Shown one piece after another: positions 1 through 8,866 of a DNA stretch of 64,000 bases. Position 1 is the stretch's first letter; each line of letters begins with the position of its first letter. The notes below the pieces were generated by a model, which saw nothing but the letters and a program-made list of their open reading frames with translations, did no database searches and had not been told where the DNA came from. Made by a program: the position numbers and the translations under genes. Source of the DNA: Lysobacter sp. (lineage in GTDB: Bacteria; Pseudomonadota; Gammaproteobacteria; Xanthomonadales; Xanthomonadaceae). The stretch lies in NCBI GenBank assembly GCA_044464395.1, contig JBIQLI010000001.1, forward strand, positions 94,509 through 158,508. Reading direction: 5' to 3'.

Positions 1-1
1 C

Positions 2-184
2 AACGACCGCGAACGCCAGGTGTTGCGCCTGGCCGGCGACGGCCTGTCCGCCAGCGACATCGCCACGCTGCTCAATCTTTCCTCCGGCACCGTGCGCAAC
101 TACCTCAGCGAAGCCATCGGCAAGCTCGGCGCCGGCAACCGCATCGAGGCCTTCCGCCTCGCCCGCCAGAAGGGCTGGCTGTGA
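2..184 (+). CDS. C-terminal LuxR/FixJ-type HTH domain of a response regulator (5' end cut by window edge)
   Basis: Frame 2 reads NDRERQVLRLAGDGLSASDIATLLNLSSGTVRNYLSEAIGKLGAGNRIEAFRLARQKGWL then TGA at 182-184. This is a typical LuxR-type HTH. Confidence 0.8.
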   Translation, partial: NDRERQVLRLAGDGLSASDIATLLNLSSGTVRNYLSEAIGKLGAGNRIEAFRLARQKGWL

Positions 185-194
185 TCAACGATCC

Positions 195-258
195 GTAGAG
201 CCGACCCATGGTCGGCTGCTCCTGCGGCAAACAGCAGCCGACCATGGGTCGGCTCTAC
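195..258. repeat. Inverted pair of REP-like elements between convergent genes
   Basis: Arm 1 is GTAGAGCCGACCCATGGTCGGCTGCT (195-220). Arm 2 is AGCAGCCGACCATGGGTCGGCTCTAC (233-258). Each arm contains its own palindrome GCCGACCCATGGTCGGC. The TAG stop of the M17 peptidase gene (255-257) lies inside arm 2. Confidence 0.85.
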
Positions 259-1634
259 AGGAACCGGTGCTTCAGCATCGCCCAGGCGGCGCGCAGGCCC
301 TGCGCCTCGCCGCCGCAAGGGCGGCCGGGGCGGTCGTTGTCGTTCCAGGCGTAGACGTCCAGGTGCGCCCACGGCTGGCCCTCGGCGACGAAGCGTTCCA
401 GGTACAGCGCGGCGGCGATGCTGCCGGCCATCTTCGACGGCCCGGAGTTGGCGATGTCGGCGACGTGGCTGGTCAGGTAGCGCAGGTACGGGCGCCACAG
501 CGGCATCCGCCACACCGGGTCGCGCACCTGCTGCCCGGCTTCGAGCCATTGCGTGGCGACCGCGTCGTCGTTGGCGAACAGCGCCGGCAGGTCCGGGCCC
601 AGCGCCACCCTCGCGGCGCCGGTCAGGGTGGCGAAGTCGAGCAGCAGCGCCGGCGCCGATTCGCAGGCGTAGGTCAATGCGTCGCACAGCACCATGCGGC
701 CTTCGGCGTCGGTGTTGTCGATTTCCACCGACACGCCCTTGCGGGTCGCGACCACCTCGCCGGGGCGGTAGGACGCCGGGCCGATCGCGTTCTCGACCGC
801 GGGCACCAGCAGGGTCAGCCGCACCGGCAATCGGCGCGCCATCACCAGTTCGGCCAGGGCGATCGCGTGCGCGCTCCCGCCCATGTCCTTCTTCATGTTG
901 CGCATCCCTTCGCCGGTCTTGATGTTCAAGCCGCCGGTGTCGAAGCACACGCCCTTGCCGACCAGGGTGAGCTTCGGGTGCGATTCGTCGCCCCACTGCA
1001 GTTGCAGCAGGCGCGGTGCGCGATGCGAGGCGCGGCCGACCGCGTGGATCGCCGGGAAATTGCGCGCCAGCAGCTCGTCGCCGACCACCGCCTCGAAGCG
1101 GGCGCCGTGCGCCGTGGCGATGGCCTCGACCACGTCGTGCAGCTGCTCCGGGCCCATATGCTCGGTCGGCGTGTTCACCAGTTCGCGCACGCGCAGGCAG
1201 GCCGCCAGCACGTCGGCGACTTCCGCATCCAGCGCGTCGCCTTCGACCACCAGCCGCGCGGGCTCGCGCACCGGCGTGCGGAAGCGGGCGTAGCGGTAGC
1301 TGCCCAGGCCCCAGCCGAGTTGCAGGGCGCGGCGGGTCTCGTCGTCCAGCATGCCTTCCGCGACCCAGTCGCCCCCAGGCAGGGCGAACGGCGCATGCGC
1401 GTAGCTGTAGGGATCGCGCGGGTCGCCAATGCCGACCACCGCGCCGGCGATGCCCTCCGCGCCGGGCAACACCAGCACGCTGCCCGCCGAGGCCTCGAAG
1501 CGGTGCGCATCCATCCACTGGCCGAGGTCGCGCGGCTGCCGTCCGCGCCATTCGGCGAGCTGCTCGCGGCCGAGGAAGTACAAGGGGCGCGCGGCTTCAC
1601 CGGGGGCCGCCGCGAATCCGTTCGGAAGGCTCAT
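255..1634 (-). CDS. M17 family leucyl aminopeptidase
   Basis: Track ORF 255..1733 carries the NTDAEGRMVLCDAL signature (NTDAEGR) and the VGKGVCFDTGG motif. Start chosen at internal ATG 1634 (MSLPNGF), which forms an ATGA overlap with the upstream HAD gene stop. Confidence 0.85.
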   Translation of the reverse strand: MSLPNGFAAAPGEAARPLYFLGREQLAEWRGRQPRDLGQWMDAHRFEASAGSVLVLPGAEGIAGAVVGIGDPRDPYSYAHAPFALPGGDWVAEGMLDDETRRALQLGWGLGSYRYARFRTPVREPARLVVEGDALDAEVADVLAACLRVRELVNTPTEHMGPEQLHDVVEAIATAHGARFEAVVGDELLARNFPAIHAVGRASHRAPRLLQLQWGDESHPKLTLVGKGVCFDTGGLNIKTGEGMRNMKKDMGGSAHAIALAELVMARRLPVRLTLLVPAVENAIGPASYRPGEVVATRKGVSVEIDNTDAEGRMVLCDALTYACESAPALLLDFATLTGAARVALGPDLPALFANDDAVATQWLEAGQQVRDPVWRMPLWRPYLRYLTSHVADIANSGPSKMAGSIAAALYLERFVAEGQPWAHLDVYAWNDNDRPGRPCGGEAQGLRAAWAMLKHRFL

Positions 1635-2362
1635 CTGCTGTCCTGCGTGGGGTGGGTGGCCGCGTCCAGCCAGTCGGCCAATGCGGCAAGGGTATCGACT
1701 TCCAGGTCGGGCCGGGGTTCCCCTTCGGGCCATTGGCGGCGGATTCCGCCGGCATCCGGCCGATTGACCCAGCAGGTGCGCAGCCCGGCGCGACGGGCGC
1801 CGAGCACGTCCATCTCGATGTCGTCGCCCACGTGCAGGACCTCGCCCGGAGCGCAGCCCAGGCGCGCGCAGGCTGCGTGGAAGATGCTGGCGGCCGGCTT
1901 CGCCGCGCCGTGCTCGCGCGCGCCGAGCTGGAAGGTGAACACGTGCATCAGCCCGATGCGCCCGAGGTCGGCGTTGCCGTTGCTCAGCGCGGCCAGCGGC
2001 ACCTTCGCCGCGAGGCGATCGAGCGCGTCGAGGCTGTCGTCGTAATGTTCCACCTGGCAGCGCGCCGCGAAGAACGCATCGAACGCAGGTTGCACCAGGG
2101 CGACGTCGTCGCCGGCGGCTTCCAGCATGCGCTCCAGCGCGATCATCCGCTGCCGGGTGAAATCATGCGCCAGGTGCGGATGCTCGGCGGCCACCTCGTC
2201 GCGCAGGGCGCGCATCGCCTCCAGCGGGAAGCGTTCCGCGGTCCGCGGCGCATGCGCGCGCAGCCATTCGCCCAGGGCATTCTCGGCACGCAGGATCACC
2301 GGCCCGATCGGCCAGATCGTGTCGTCGAGGTCGAGGGTGATCGCGCGAACGTGGAAATGCAT
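1631..2362 (-). CDS. HAD-superfamily hydrolase (subfamily IA-like)
   Basis: DxDxT motif [10 protein letters not shown] near the N-terminus and a [11 protein letters not shown] motif IV. The alternative ATG at 2404 cannot be excluded. Confidence 0.75.
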   Translation of the reverse strand: MHFHVRAITLDLDDTIWPIGPVILRAENALGEWLRAHAPRTAERFPLEAMRALRDEVAAEHPHLAHDFTRQRMIALERMLEAAGDDVALVQPAFDAFFAARCQVEHYDDSLDALDRLAAKVPLAALSNGNADLGRIGLMHVFTFQLGAREHGAAKPAASIFHAACARLGCAPGEVLHVGDDIEMDVLGARRAGLRTCWVNRPDAGGIRRQWPEGEPRPDLEVDTLAALADWLDAATHPTQDSR

Positions 2363-2528
2363 CCGGACAGCCCAGGCCACGCAGGCCGAGATCAACGCAG
2401 GCATTCCTTCGAGTATAGCGCCGCGACTGAGCGGCGGCCGCGGTTGCGCCGCAAGAAAAGGCGCGAGCAGAATTTCCCGCGCATCGAACCGGCCCCGTCT
2501 GGTGGCCGCGACTCTGGGGGAAAATCAA

Positions 2529-4568
2529 ATGGGCATTCCACAACACGAAGCGGCCTCTGGCCGCTCGCTCTTCAACTGTCGTCGCGCAGCGCTGGGTCTG
2601 GCACTGGCTGCGGCCTGGATGGCAGCGCCTGTTTGCGCGGGCGAGGTCTGCGATACCGCTGCCGCCGGGGAAAATGGCAATGGTTCTGACGCCACCGGCT
2701 CGGACGCGACGGCCTGCGGCAAGGACAACGTGGCGTCCGGCGATGCCAGCAATGCGTTCGGCTCAGACAATGCGGCGTCCGGCGATGCCAGCAATGCGTT
2801 CGGCGCAGACAATGTGGCGTCCGGCGATGCCAGCACAGCGTTCGGCGCAGACAATGTGGCGTCCGGCGATGCCAGCAATGCGTTCGGCTCAGACAATGCG
2901 GCGTCCGGCGATGCCAGCACAGCGTTCGGCGCAGACAATGTGGCGTCCGGCGATGCCAGCACAGCGTTCGGCTTCAACAATGTGGCGTCCGGCGATGCCA
3001 GCGTAGCGTTCGGCTCCAACAATGTGGCGTCCGACATTGCCAGCAGTGCGTTCGGCGTCTTCAATGTAGCGTCCGGCGCTGCCAGCAATGCGTTTGGCAT
3101 TCAAAACACCGCCATGGGCATCTCCTCGACCGCAATAGGTGCATTTGGCCAGGTGCTCGACAACACCGCCGACGGCAGCGGTTCGCAGTACTCGATCGCG
3201 ATCGGTGCCGGCGATAGTGCCGCGACCGGCGCCCGGGTGGGCACCACCGCGGGCAATGGTTCCGAGGCGGCGATCGCCATCGGCCGGATGGCAACGGTGG
3301 AGGACGATGCCGACAACTCGATCGCCATGGGGACCGGGGCGACGGTGAACGCCGGGGTGGCCGATGCCGTCGCGATCGGGTCGGGGTCGGTGGCCTCGGA
3401 AAGCAGCACGTTCTCGATCGGCAGCGTGGGCGGCGAGCGGCGGCTGGTGAACCTGGCCGACGGCGTCGCGCTCACCGACGCGGTGAACCTGGGCCAACTG
3501 CAGTCCAACGTGGCCTCGGTGATGGACTTTTTTGGCGCCGGCGCGGGATTTGCCGGCGGGATCTTCACCGCCCCGAGCTTCATGATCCTGGGGACGCCGT
3601 ACACCGACGTGGGAAGCGCCTTCGCCGCGGTGGACACTGCATTGGTCGATCTTCAGGCGCAGATCGACAACATCCCGGCCGGGCCGCAGGGTCCGGCGGG
3701 CCCGGCAGGACCGCAGGGCCCGCAAGGTCCCGCCGGCGAGGATGGGGATGACGGTGCGCCGGGGCCGCAGGGACCAGCGGGGCCGCAGGGGCCCGCCGGT
3801 GAAGACGGCGAGGATGGCGCGACGGGTCCGCAGGGCCCGGCTGGCCCGCAAGGTCCCGCCGGCCAGGACGGCAAGGACGGCCAGGACGGCAAGGATGGAA
3901 AGGACGGCAAGGACGGAAAGGACGCGGGCACCTGGGTGGACAACGATGGCGACGGCGATCCTGACCAGATCATCCTCGGCGGCACCGACGACGCAGCCTC
4001 CGACGGAACCGCCGGTGCGCCGGTGTCGGGTGCCGATGCCGGCAGCGGCGGCGGCATCCGCGTGTCCAACGTCGCCGACGGCGTGAACGACGACGACGCC
4101 GCCAATGTCGGGCAGATGAATGCAGGCGATGCGCGCACCCTGACCGAGGCGCAGGACTACGCAGATGCGGGCGACGCGCAAACCCTGGCAGAGGCACAGG
4201 ACTACGCCGATGCCGGCGATGCGCAGACACTCGCCTCCGCGCGCAGCTACACCGACACCCGCTTCGAGGCGCTGAACCAGAAATGGGATGCCTTCCAGCA
4301 GGATGTCTGGGAGCGCCTGGACCGCACCGACGAACGGATCAACAAGTCCGGGGCGATGAACTCGGCGATGGTGCAGATGGGGATCAACGCCGCCGGCGCG
4401 CGGACCTCGCGCGGGCGCGTCGCGGTCGGCCTGGGCTGGCAGGAAGGCGAGCAGGCGATGGCGGTGGGCTGGTCGCGGCCGATCGGCGATCGTGGCTCGA
4501 TCAGCCTGGGCGCCGCGTTCGCCGACGGCGAAAGCTCCGCCGGCATCGGCTTCGGCCTGGACCTGTAG
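2529..4568 (+). CDS. YadA-like trimeric autotransporter adhesin with internal collagen-like tract
   Basis: ATG 2529 is in frame with track ORF 2127..4568. The N-terminus is signal-like (…[17 protein letters not shown]). There are about 10 head repeats (DNxASGDASxAFG), 27 GXY triplets and [11 protein letters not shown] neck repeats. The C-terminal YadA-type anchor reads …[18 protein letters not shown]…GIGFGLDL. Confidence 0.85.
   Translation: MGIPQHEAASGRSLFNCRRAALGLALAAAWMAAPVCAGEVCDTAAAGENGNGSDATGSDATACGKDNVASGDASNAFGSDNAASGDASNAFGADNVASGDASTAFGADNVASGDASNAFGSDNAASGDASTAFGADNVASGDASTAFGFNNVASGDASVAFGSNNVASDIASSAFGVFNVASGAASNAFGIQNTAMGISSTAIGAFGQVLDNTADGSGSQYSIAIGAGDSAATGARVGTTAGNGSEAAIAIGRMATVEDDADNSIAMGTGATVNAGVADAVAIGSGSVASESSTFSIGSVGGERRLVNLADGVALTDAVNLGQLQSNVASVMDFFGAGAGFAGGIFTAPSFMILGTPYTDVGSAFAAVDTALVDLQAQIDNIPAGPQGPAGPAGPQGPQGPAGEDGDDGAPGPQGPAGPQGPAGEDGEDGATGPQGPAGPQGPAGQDGKDGQDGKDGKDGKDGKDAGTWVDNDGDGDPDQIILGGTDDAASDGTAGAPVSGADAGSGGGIRVSNVADGVNDDDAANVGQMNAGDARTLTEAQDYADAGDAQTLAEAQDYADAGDAQTLASARSYTDTRFEALNQKWDAFQQDVWERLDRTDERINKSGAMNSAMVQMGINAAGARTSRGRVAVGLGWQEGEQAMAVGWSRPIGDRGSISLGAAFADGESSAGIGFGLDL
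2724..3143 (+). repeat. In-frame 42-bp tandem repeats (about 10 units, first 6-7 near-identical) encoding adhesin head motifs
   Basis: The unit GACAAYGYGGCGTCCGGCGATGCCAGCAMWGCGTTCGGCKCA repeats head-to-tail from 2724. Later units degenerate. Confidence 0.85.
3681..3923 (+). repeat. Collagen-like (GXY)27 coding tract inside the adhesin
   Basis: [81 protein letters not shown]; 27 uninterrupted triplets counted by hand. Confidence 0.9.
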
Positions 4569-4589
4569 CGCAATGGCGGGCGCGGCTGG

Positions 4590-5642
4590 CTATTCCAGCA
4601 GCCGCGCCCAGCCTTCCAGGCCTTCGATCTTGGTCAGCACGATCTTGACGCAGACCAGCAGCGGCACCGCCAGCAGCAGGCCGATGATGCCCCACAGCCA
4701 GCCGAACACCATCAGCGCCAGGATCAGGATCAGCGGCGACAGCGCCATCCGCGCACCGAGCACGATCGGCGTGATGAGCTGCCCTTCCAGCGTGTGCAGG
4801 CCGAGGTAGATCGCCGCCGGCGCCAGCGATTGCCACAGGTCGTCGAAGTTGACGAAGCCCATCAGCAGCATGACCAGGATGCCGATCAACGGGCCGACGT
4901 AGGGCGCGTAGTTGAGCAGCGCCGCCATGGTTCCCCACAGCATCGCCTCGTCGGGGTCAAAGCCCATCCAGTACAGCGCGCCGGCCAGCGCCAGCCCGAC
5001 CAGCGCGTTGATCACGCTGATGGTCAGCACGTAGCGCGACATCTCGTGCTCGATGGACTGGAGGATGTCCACCGTCACCCGTTTCTGCTGGCGGTCGGGG
5101 AGCAGGTCGATCGCGTTGCGCTGCAGGCTTTGCCCGTAGACCATGAAGAAGAACGTCAGCAGCACCACCGCCAGCACCGCCGCCAGCATCCGCGGTGTGG
5201 CGATCAGGGTCTTGTAAGGGCTGCTCTCCGCGGTCTTCACCACCTGCACGGGCTTCTGGCTGGTGTCGCCGCCGGCGGCGCGGGCGATGTTCTCGGCAGC
5301 CTCGTTGGCCTGCTGTACGGGGCGGGTCAGGTCGCGCAGTTTCGGCGCCAGGTCGCGCAGCTCGCGCGGCACCTGCGCGATCCACTCGCCCGCCGGCGCG
5401 ACCAGCTTCGAGCCCAGGTACACGGTGCCCGCCAGCCCGATCACCAGCACCAGCAGCGCGCTGATGAAGCGCGGCACGTACATGCGCTGCAAGACGCGGA
5501 TGATCGGGTTGCCGATCAGGGCGAAGAACATCGCCAGCAACACCGGCAGCAACAGGCCCTGCGCCGCCCACAGGGTGAAGCCGATCGCGAGCGTGGCGAG
5601 CACCAGCAGCGCGGTCGGTGCGCGCGGCCGGGCCAGGGTCAC
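4590..5642 (-). CDS. AI-2E family (PerM/UPF0118) transporter
   Basis: Multi-TM protein with a conserved C-terminal region …WLWGIIGLLLAVPLLVCVKIV. The start is proposed at GTG 5642 (VTLARPRAPTALLVL…), forming a GTGA overlap with the upstream gene stop. The exact start is uncertain. Confidence 0.75.
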   Translation of the reverse strand: MTLARPRAPTALLVLATLAIGFTLWAAQGLLLPVLLAMFFALIGNPIIRVLQRMYVPRFISALLVLVIGLAGTVYLGSKLVAPAGEWIAQVPRELRDLAPKLRDLTRPVQQANEAAENIARAAGGDTSQKPVQVVKTAESSPYKTLIATPRMLAAVLAVVLLTFFFMVYGQSLQRNAIDLLPDRQQKRVTVDILQSIEHEMSRYVLTISVINALVGLALAGALYWMGFDPDEAMLWGTMAALLNYAPYVGPLIGILVMLLMGFVNFDDLWQSLAPAAIYLGLHTLEGQLITPIVLGARMALSPLILILALMVFGWLWGIIGLLLAVPLLVCVKIVLTKIEGLEGWARLLE

Positions 5643-6043
5643 GGCAGCCCCGCTTCCCGGTACAGTCGCTGGGCATCCAGCGCGGCGGCGGCGATCGTCG
5701 CCTCGTCGGGCGCTGCGAACGCGTCCGCGTTCGCAGCGGTTGCGCCGGCATCCGCCGCGTCTTCCGCTTCCTGTGCCGCGGCGTGCGCGCTGCCGCTGGC
5801 AAGCAAACCGGAAATCGTGGTCGCAAGCTGCAGCAGCCCGCGTCCGGCGCCAAGCTGTTTCAGTGGCCGCGCCTCGCCCACGATGAAGCCGGCGGCCACG
5901 CCGGCGATCAGGATCCGCCCCGGCGTCCACAGCGCGCGCCAGGTCGCCTTCGTCTGGCGCCAGTCGGCCGCGGCCTGGCGCTCGCGCGCCTCGAGGGCCG
6001 CTTCGGCCTGCTGCACCTTGTCGATCAGTTCGTGGAATCCCAT
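5639..6043 (-). CDS. YqjK-like small membrane protein (hypothetical)
   Basis: ATG 6043 (MGFHELIDKVQQAEAALEARERQ…), one TM segment (ILIAGVAAGFIVG). It is third in a DUF883 / 2-TM protein / YqjK-type gene order. Confidence 0.5.
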   Translation of the reverse strand: MGFHELIDKVQQAEAALEARERQAAADWRQTKATWRALWTPGRILIAGVAAGFIVGEARPLKQLGAGRGLLQLATTISGLLASGSAHAAAQEAEDAADAGATAANADAFAAPDEATIAAAALDAQRLYREAGLP

Positions 6044-6051
6044 GGCCCGTC

Positions 6052-6615
6052 CTAAGGCGGCGTCACATCGACGCCGAGTCCCTTTTTCACTGGCTCGCCG
6101 CCTGTCGCTTCGTCCACCTGCTCGGCGCCTTCCTCCGCGGAGGTGGCGGAGCCCGCGTCCGGAAGCAGCCCGGCCAACTCGCCGAAGCCCAGGCGCGCGA
6201 GTTGCCGGCGGGTGGCCTTCATCCGGGTGTGCTCGAAGTAGCGCATGGCCGCCCAGGTCGCGGCACCGGCCGCGGCAAGGCTGAGCAAGGCCGGCAACAG
6301 CAGCGCCAGCGACCAGGACCAGCCCAGGCCGGTCGCCAGCCACGCCACCAGCGTGCCCATGAGCAACAGCCACGCCGAGGCACCCAGCGCGATGGCGACG
6401 CCGGAAAACGCCAGCGTGCGCCCGAACGCGCTGCGCGCCAGGGAAACATCCGCGGTGACCAGGATGCGCAGCGCCTTGCCGGCATCGCGCCCGGCCTGGA
6501 AGGTCGCGCTGCCGGCGGCGCCGAGCTCGCGCAGGAGCGCCTCGACGCCCGGATCGGGCGCGCGCGCCCCGTCGTCGTGTGGGGCGTCGCGCGATTCTGC
6601 GGCGGTGTCGCCCAC
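6052..6615 (-). CDS. YqjE-like (DUF1469-type) two-TM membrane protein
   Basis: Two long hydrophobic segments (AFSGVAIALGASAWLLLMGTLVAWLATGL / SWSLALLLPALLSLAAAGAATWAAM). Its position is directly after the DUF883 gene. The start is uncertain: GTG 6615, or the 6648 start of the track ORF, which overlaps the upstream gene. Confidence 0.5.
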   Translation of the reverse strand: MGDTAAESRDAPHDDGARAPDPGVEALLRELGAAGSATFQAGRDAGKALRILVTADVSLARSAFGRTLAFSGVAIALGASAWLLLMGTLVAWLATGLGWSWSLALLLPALLSLAAAGAATWAAMRYFEHTRMKATRRQLARLGFGELAGLLPDAGSATSAEEGAEQVDEATGGEPVKKGLGVDVTPP

Positions 6616-6619
6616 GCGC

Positions 6620-6979
6620 TTACTTGCCGCTGCGGGCGAGCTTGGCAATGATCCAGCCGGTGGCGAAGGCCACGCCGAACGAGGCCAGCGGGCGCTCGCG
6701 GATCAGCTCGGCGGCGCTGTCGACCAGATCGCGGCCCTTGTCCATCAGCGCGTCCATCTGCTCGCGGCTGGCGGCGCCGGCCTGCTCCAGCGCGGCGATG
6801 CCGGCCAGGGCGCCGTCGGCCAGTTCCGCCTTCACCTGCGCCTTGCCCAGGCGCGCTTCTTCGCCCGCGGCGCTGGCCGCGGCCTTGGCGGCGCTGCCGG
6901 CCTGGCTGGCGGCCTGCTTGATGTGGCTGCCGGCCTCGCCGAGGTTGCTCTTGATGCTGTCGGTTGCGGTGGGTGACAT
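6620..6979 (-). CDS. DUF883 family (YqjD/ElaB-like) membrane-anchored protein
   Basis: 119 aa with an Ala/Gln-rich helical N-terminal part and a C-terminal anchor PLASFGVAFATGWIIAKLA. Strong SD (AAGGAG) lies 8 nt upstream of ATG 6979. Confidence 0.75.
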   Translation of the reverse strand: MSPTATDSIKSNLGEAGSHIKQAASQAGSAAKAAASAAGEEARLGKAQVKAELADGALAGIAALEQAGAASREQMDALMDKGRDLVDSAAELIRERPLASFGVAFATGWIIAKLARSGK

Positions 6980-7026
6980 TGCAGTGGCTCCTTGTGTGGG
7001 TCGTCGCGTTCAGGGAAGTGTGCGGG

Positions 7027-8529
7027 TCATTGCATGAGCACGTTGTAGAGGCGGCCGCCGCGGACGATCCGCAGCATCAACCGCGACGGGGCGTCGAAGC
7101 CCAGGCGGAACCCGGCCAGGTCGTCGAAGCGGCCGCTGTTGGCGGCGACCACCACGTCGCCGGCGCGCAGGCCGCTGTTCGCGGCGCGGCTGCCGGCGGC
7201 GACGGATTCCACCAGCACGCCGCTCAGCCCGGCCTGGCGGGCGCTGGCCGGCAGCTCCGCGAAGGTGGCGCCGGACAGGCGCGGATCCAGGCGCGCGCCG
7301 GCCAGCGAACGCGGCTGCTCGCGCAGGGTGGCGGCGAGCTGCAGCGGCTCGCCATCGCGGCGCACGTCGAGCACCACGCGCGCGCCCACCGCCTGCAGGC
7401 CCTCGAAGTTGCGCAGCCCGGCTTCGTTGTCGATGCGCTGGCCGTTGGCGGCGAGGATCACGTCGCCGACCTCCACCCCGGCCGCGGCGGCGGCCGAGTC
7501 CGGATACACCCGGGTGACCAGCGCGCCGCGCGCGCTGTCCAGGCCCAGGCCGTCGGCGATGCGTGCGTCCACGTCCTGCGCCTGCAGCCCGAGGCTGCCG
7601 CGATGGACCACGCCATCGTTGGTCAGCAGCTGGGTCATGATGCTGGCGGCGAGGTTGCTCGGGATCGCGAAGCCGAGGCCGATGTTGCCCGCCATCGAGC
7701 CGCGCGGATTGAAGCTGGCGGTGTTGATGCCGACCAGCCCGCCCTCCAGGTTCAGCAGCGCGCCGCCGGAGTTGCCGGGATTGATCGAGGCGTCGGTCTG
7801 GATGAAGTTCTGGTAGCCCAGTCCGGGCAGGCCGGAGCGCGCCACCGCCGAGACGATGCCCGAGGTCACCGTCTGCCCGATCCCGAACGGGTTGCCGACC
7901 GCGACCACGAAGTCGCCGACCTGCAGCTTCGAGCTGTCCGCCAGCGGGATCTCGGTGAGCGGCTCGTCCCTGGGCACCTGGATCCGCATCAGCGCGATGT
8001 CGGTGTCCGGGTCCGAGCCGACGAACTCGGCCGGCATGGTGCGGCCGTCGGCGAGCGTGACCGAGACCTCGTCGGCGCCTTCGATCACGTGGTGGTTGGT
8101 GAGGATCAGGCCGCGGTCGGCATCCACGATCACGCCGGAGCCCAGCGACTGGTTGATCCGCTCCTGGGTGAGCTCGGGGAACATGCGGCGGAAGAACGGA
8201 TCGTTGCCGAACGGGCTCACGCGCACGCGCTGGCGGCTGTGCACGCTGACCACTGCCGGCATCACCCGCTTGAGCATCGGCGCGAGCGAGGGCAACGGCT
8301 GCCCGGCGACGGCGGTCGGCATCGCGCCGCCGGTGGGCGCCGGCGCCGGGGCGGGCGCCCGTGGCGGCGCGGCGCTGGCGTGCGCCGGTTGCCACGGCAA
8401 TTGCAGGGCGGTCGCGGCGAATCCGCCGAACGCGGCGGCGGCGACCAGGGCGAACACGAGCGCCAGCGTCCGCTGCTTGCGGGCGGGCGCGCGCGGGTCG
8501 GAAGGTTCACGGAACATCGTCGGCATCAT
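7027..8529 (-). CDS. Periplasmic HtrA/DegQ/MucD-family serine protease (trypsin domain plus 2 PDZ)
   Basis: Catalytic motifs ILTNHHVI, DTDIALM and GNSGGALLN, followed by two PDZ-like regions. Signal-like N-terminus. The start among ATG 8529/8526/8517 is uncertain. Confidence 0.85.
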   Translation of the reverse strand: MMPTMFREPSDPRAPARKQRTLALVFALVAAAAFGGFAATALQLPWQPAHASAAPPRAPAPAPAPTGGAMPTAVAGQPLPSLAPMLKRVMPAVVSVHSRQRVRVSPFGNDPFFRRMFPELTQERINQSLGSGVIVDADRGLILTNHHVIEGADEVSVTLADGRTMPAEFVGSDPDTDIALMRIQVPRDEPLTEIPLADSSKLQVGDFVVAVGNPFGIGQTVTSGIVSAVARSGLPGLGYQNFIQTDASINPGNSGGALLNLEGGLVGINTASFNPRGSMAGNIGLGFAIPSNLAASIMTQLLTNDGVVHRGSLGLQAQDVDARIADGLGLDSARGALVTRVYPDSAAAAAGVEVGDVILAANGQRIDNEAGLRNFEGLQAVGARVVLDVRRDGEPLQLAATLREQPRSLAGARLDPRLSGATFAELPASARQAGLSGVLVESVAAGSRAANSGLRAGDVVVAANSGRFDDLAGFRLGFDAPSRLMLRIVRGGRLYNVLMQ

Positions 8530-8701
8530 CGGTCCAGTGGGGGTGGCTGCCGCGTGAGCGCGGCGTCGAGCGGGCCGCCCCGGCGGGCGCTCCAGCCCCA
8601 TTCAGGAAGCCATGAAGCCACGCCTGCGCGGTCCCGGCAACATTCAGTTTCGTGTGCGACCGCCGAATCCCCGCTGAAGTTTCGGATCGTCGCGGGACCG
8701 G

Positions 8702-8729
8702 TTGACACGGGGGGCGTCCGTGATAGTTT
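8702..8729 (+). promoter_or_regulatory. Putative sigma70 promoter of nrdJ (TTGACA-N16-TAGTTT)
   Basis: TTGACA at 8702-8707 and TAGTTT at 8724-8729, about 140 nt upstream of the nrdJ start. Confidence 0.4.
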
Positions 8730-8745
8730 GAAGGCTCCGCTTCGC

Positions 8746-8792
8746 CACAACATCTTGGGGTGTTCCTGGCGAGCCTGGCCCAAGTGCTGGGG
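8746..8792 (+). promoter_or_regulatory. Two putative NrdR boxes in tandem
   Basis: CACAACATCTTGGGGTG (8746-8762, core CAA-N4-TTG) and CCCAAGTGCTGGGG (8779-8792, core CAA-N4-TGG). Their centres are about 33 bp apart, just downstream of the putative promoter of a ribonucleotide reductase gene. Confidence 0.4.
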
Positions 8793-8866
8793 TTTTTGCG
8801 TATCGGGTCCACGGGGACAACAACAACGACGCGGGCCACCCGCGCACACCTTAGGGAGTCGAAGGG

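Noticed and set aside
2724-3143. A regular 42-bp repeat array that could be mistaken for a CRISPR array or satellite.
   Set aside because: The units are contiguous with no unique spacers. They are in frame and encode the YadA head motif. There are no cas genes.
8602-8866. A long 5' region of nrdJ considered as a possible cobalamin riboswitch.
   Set aside because: I could find no B12 box or GGGAAG…GGTGA core on the plus strand. A promoter plus NrdR-like boxes explain the region better.
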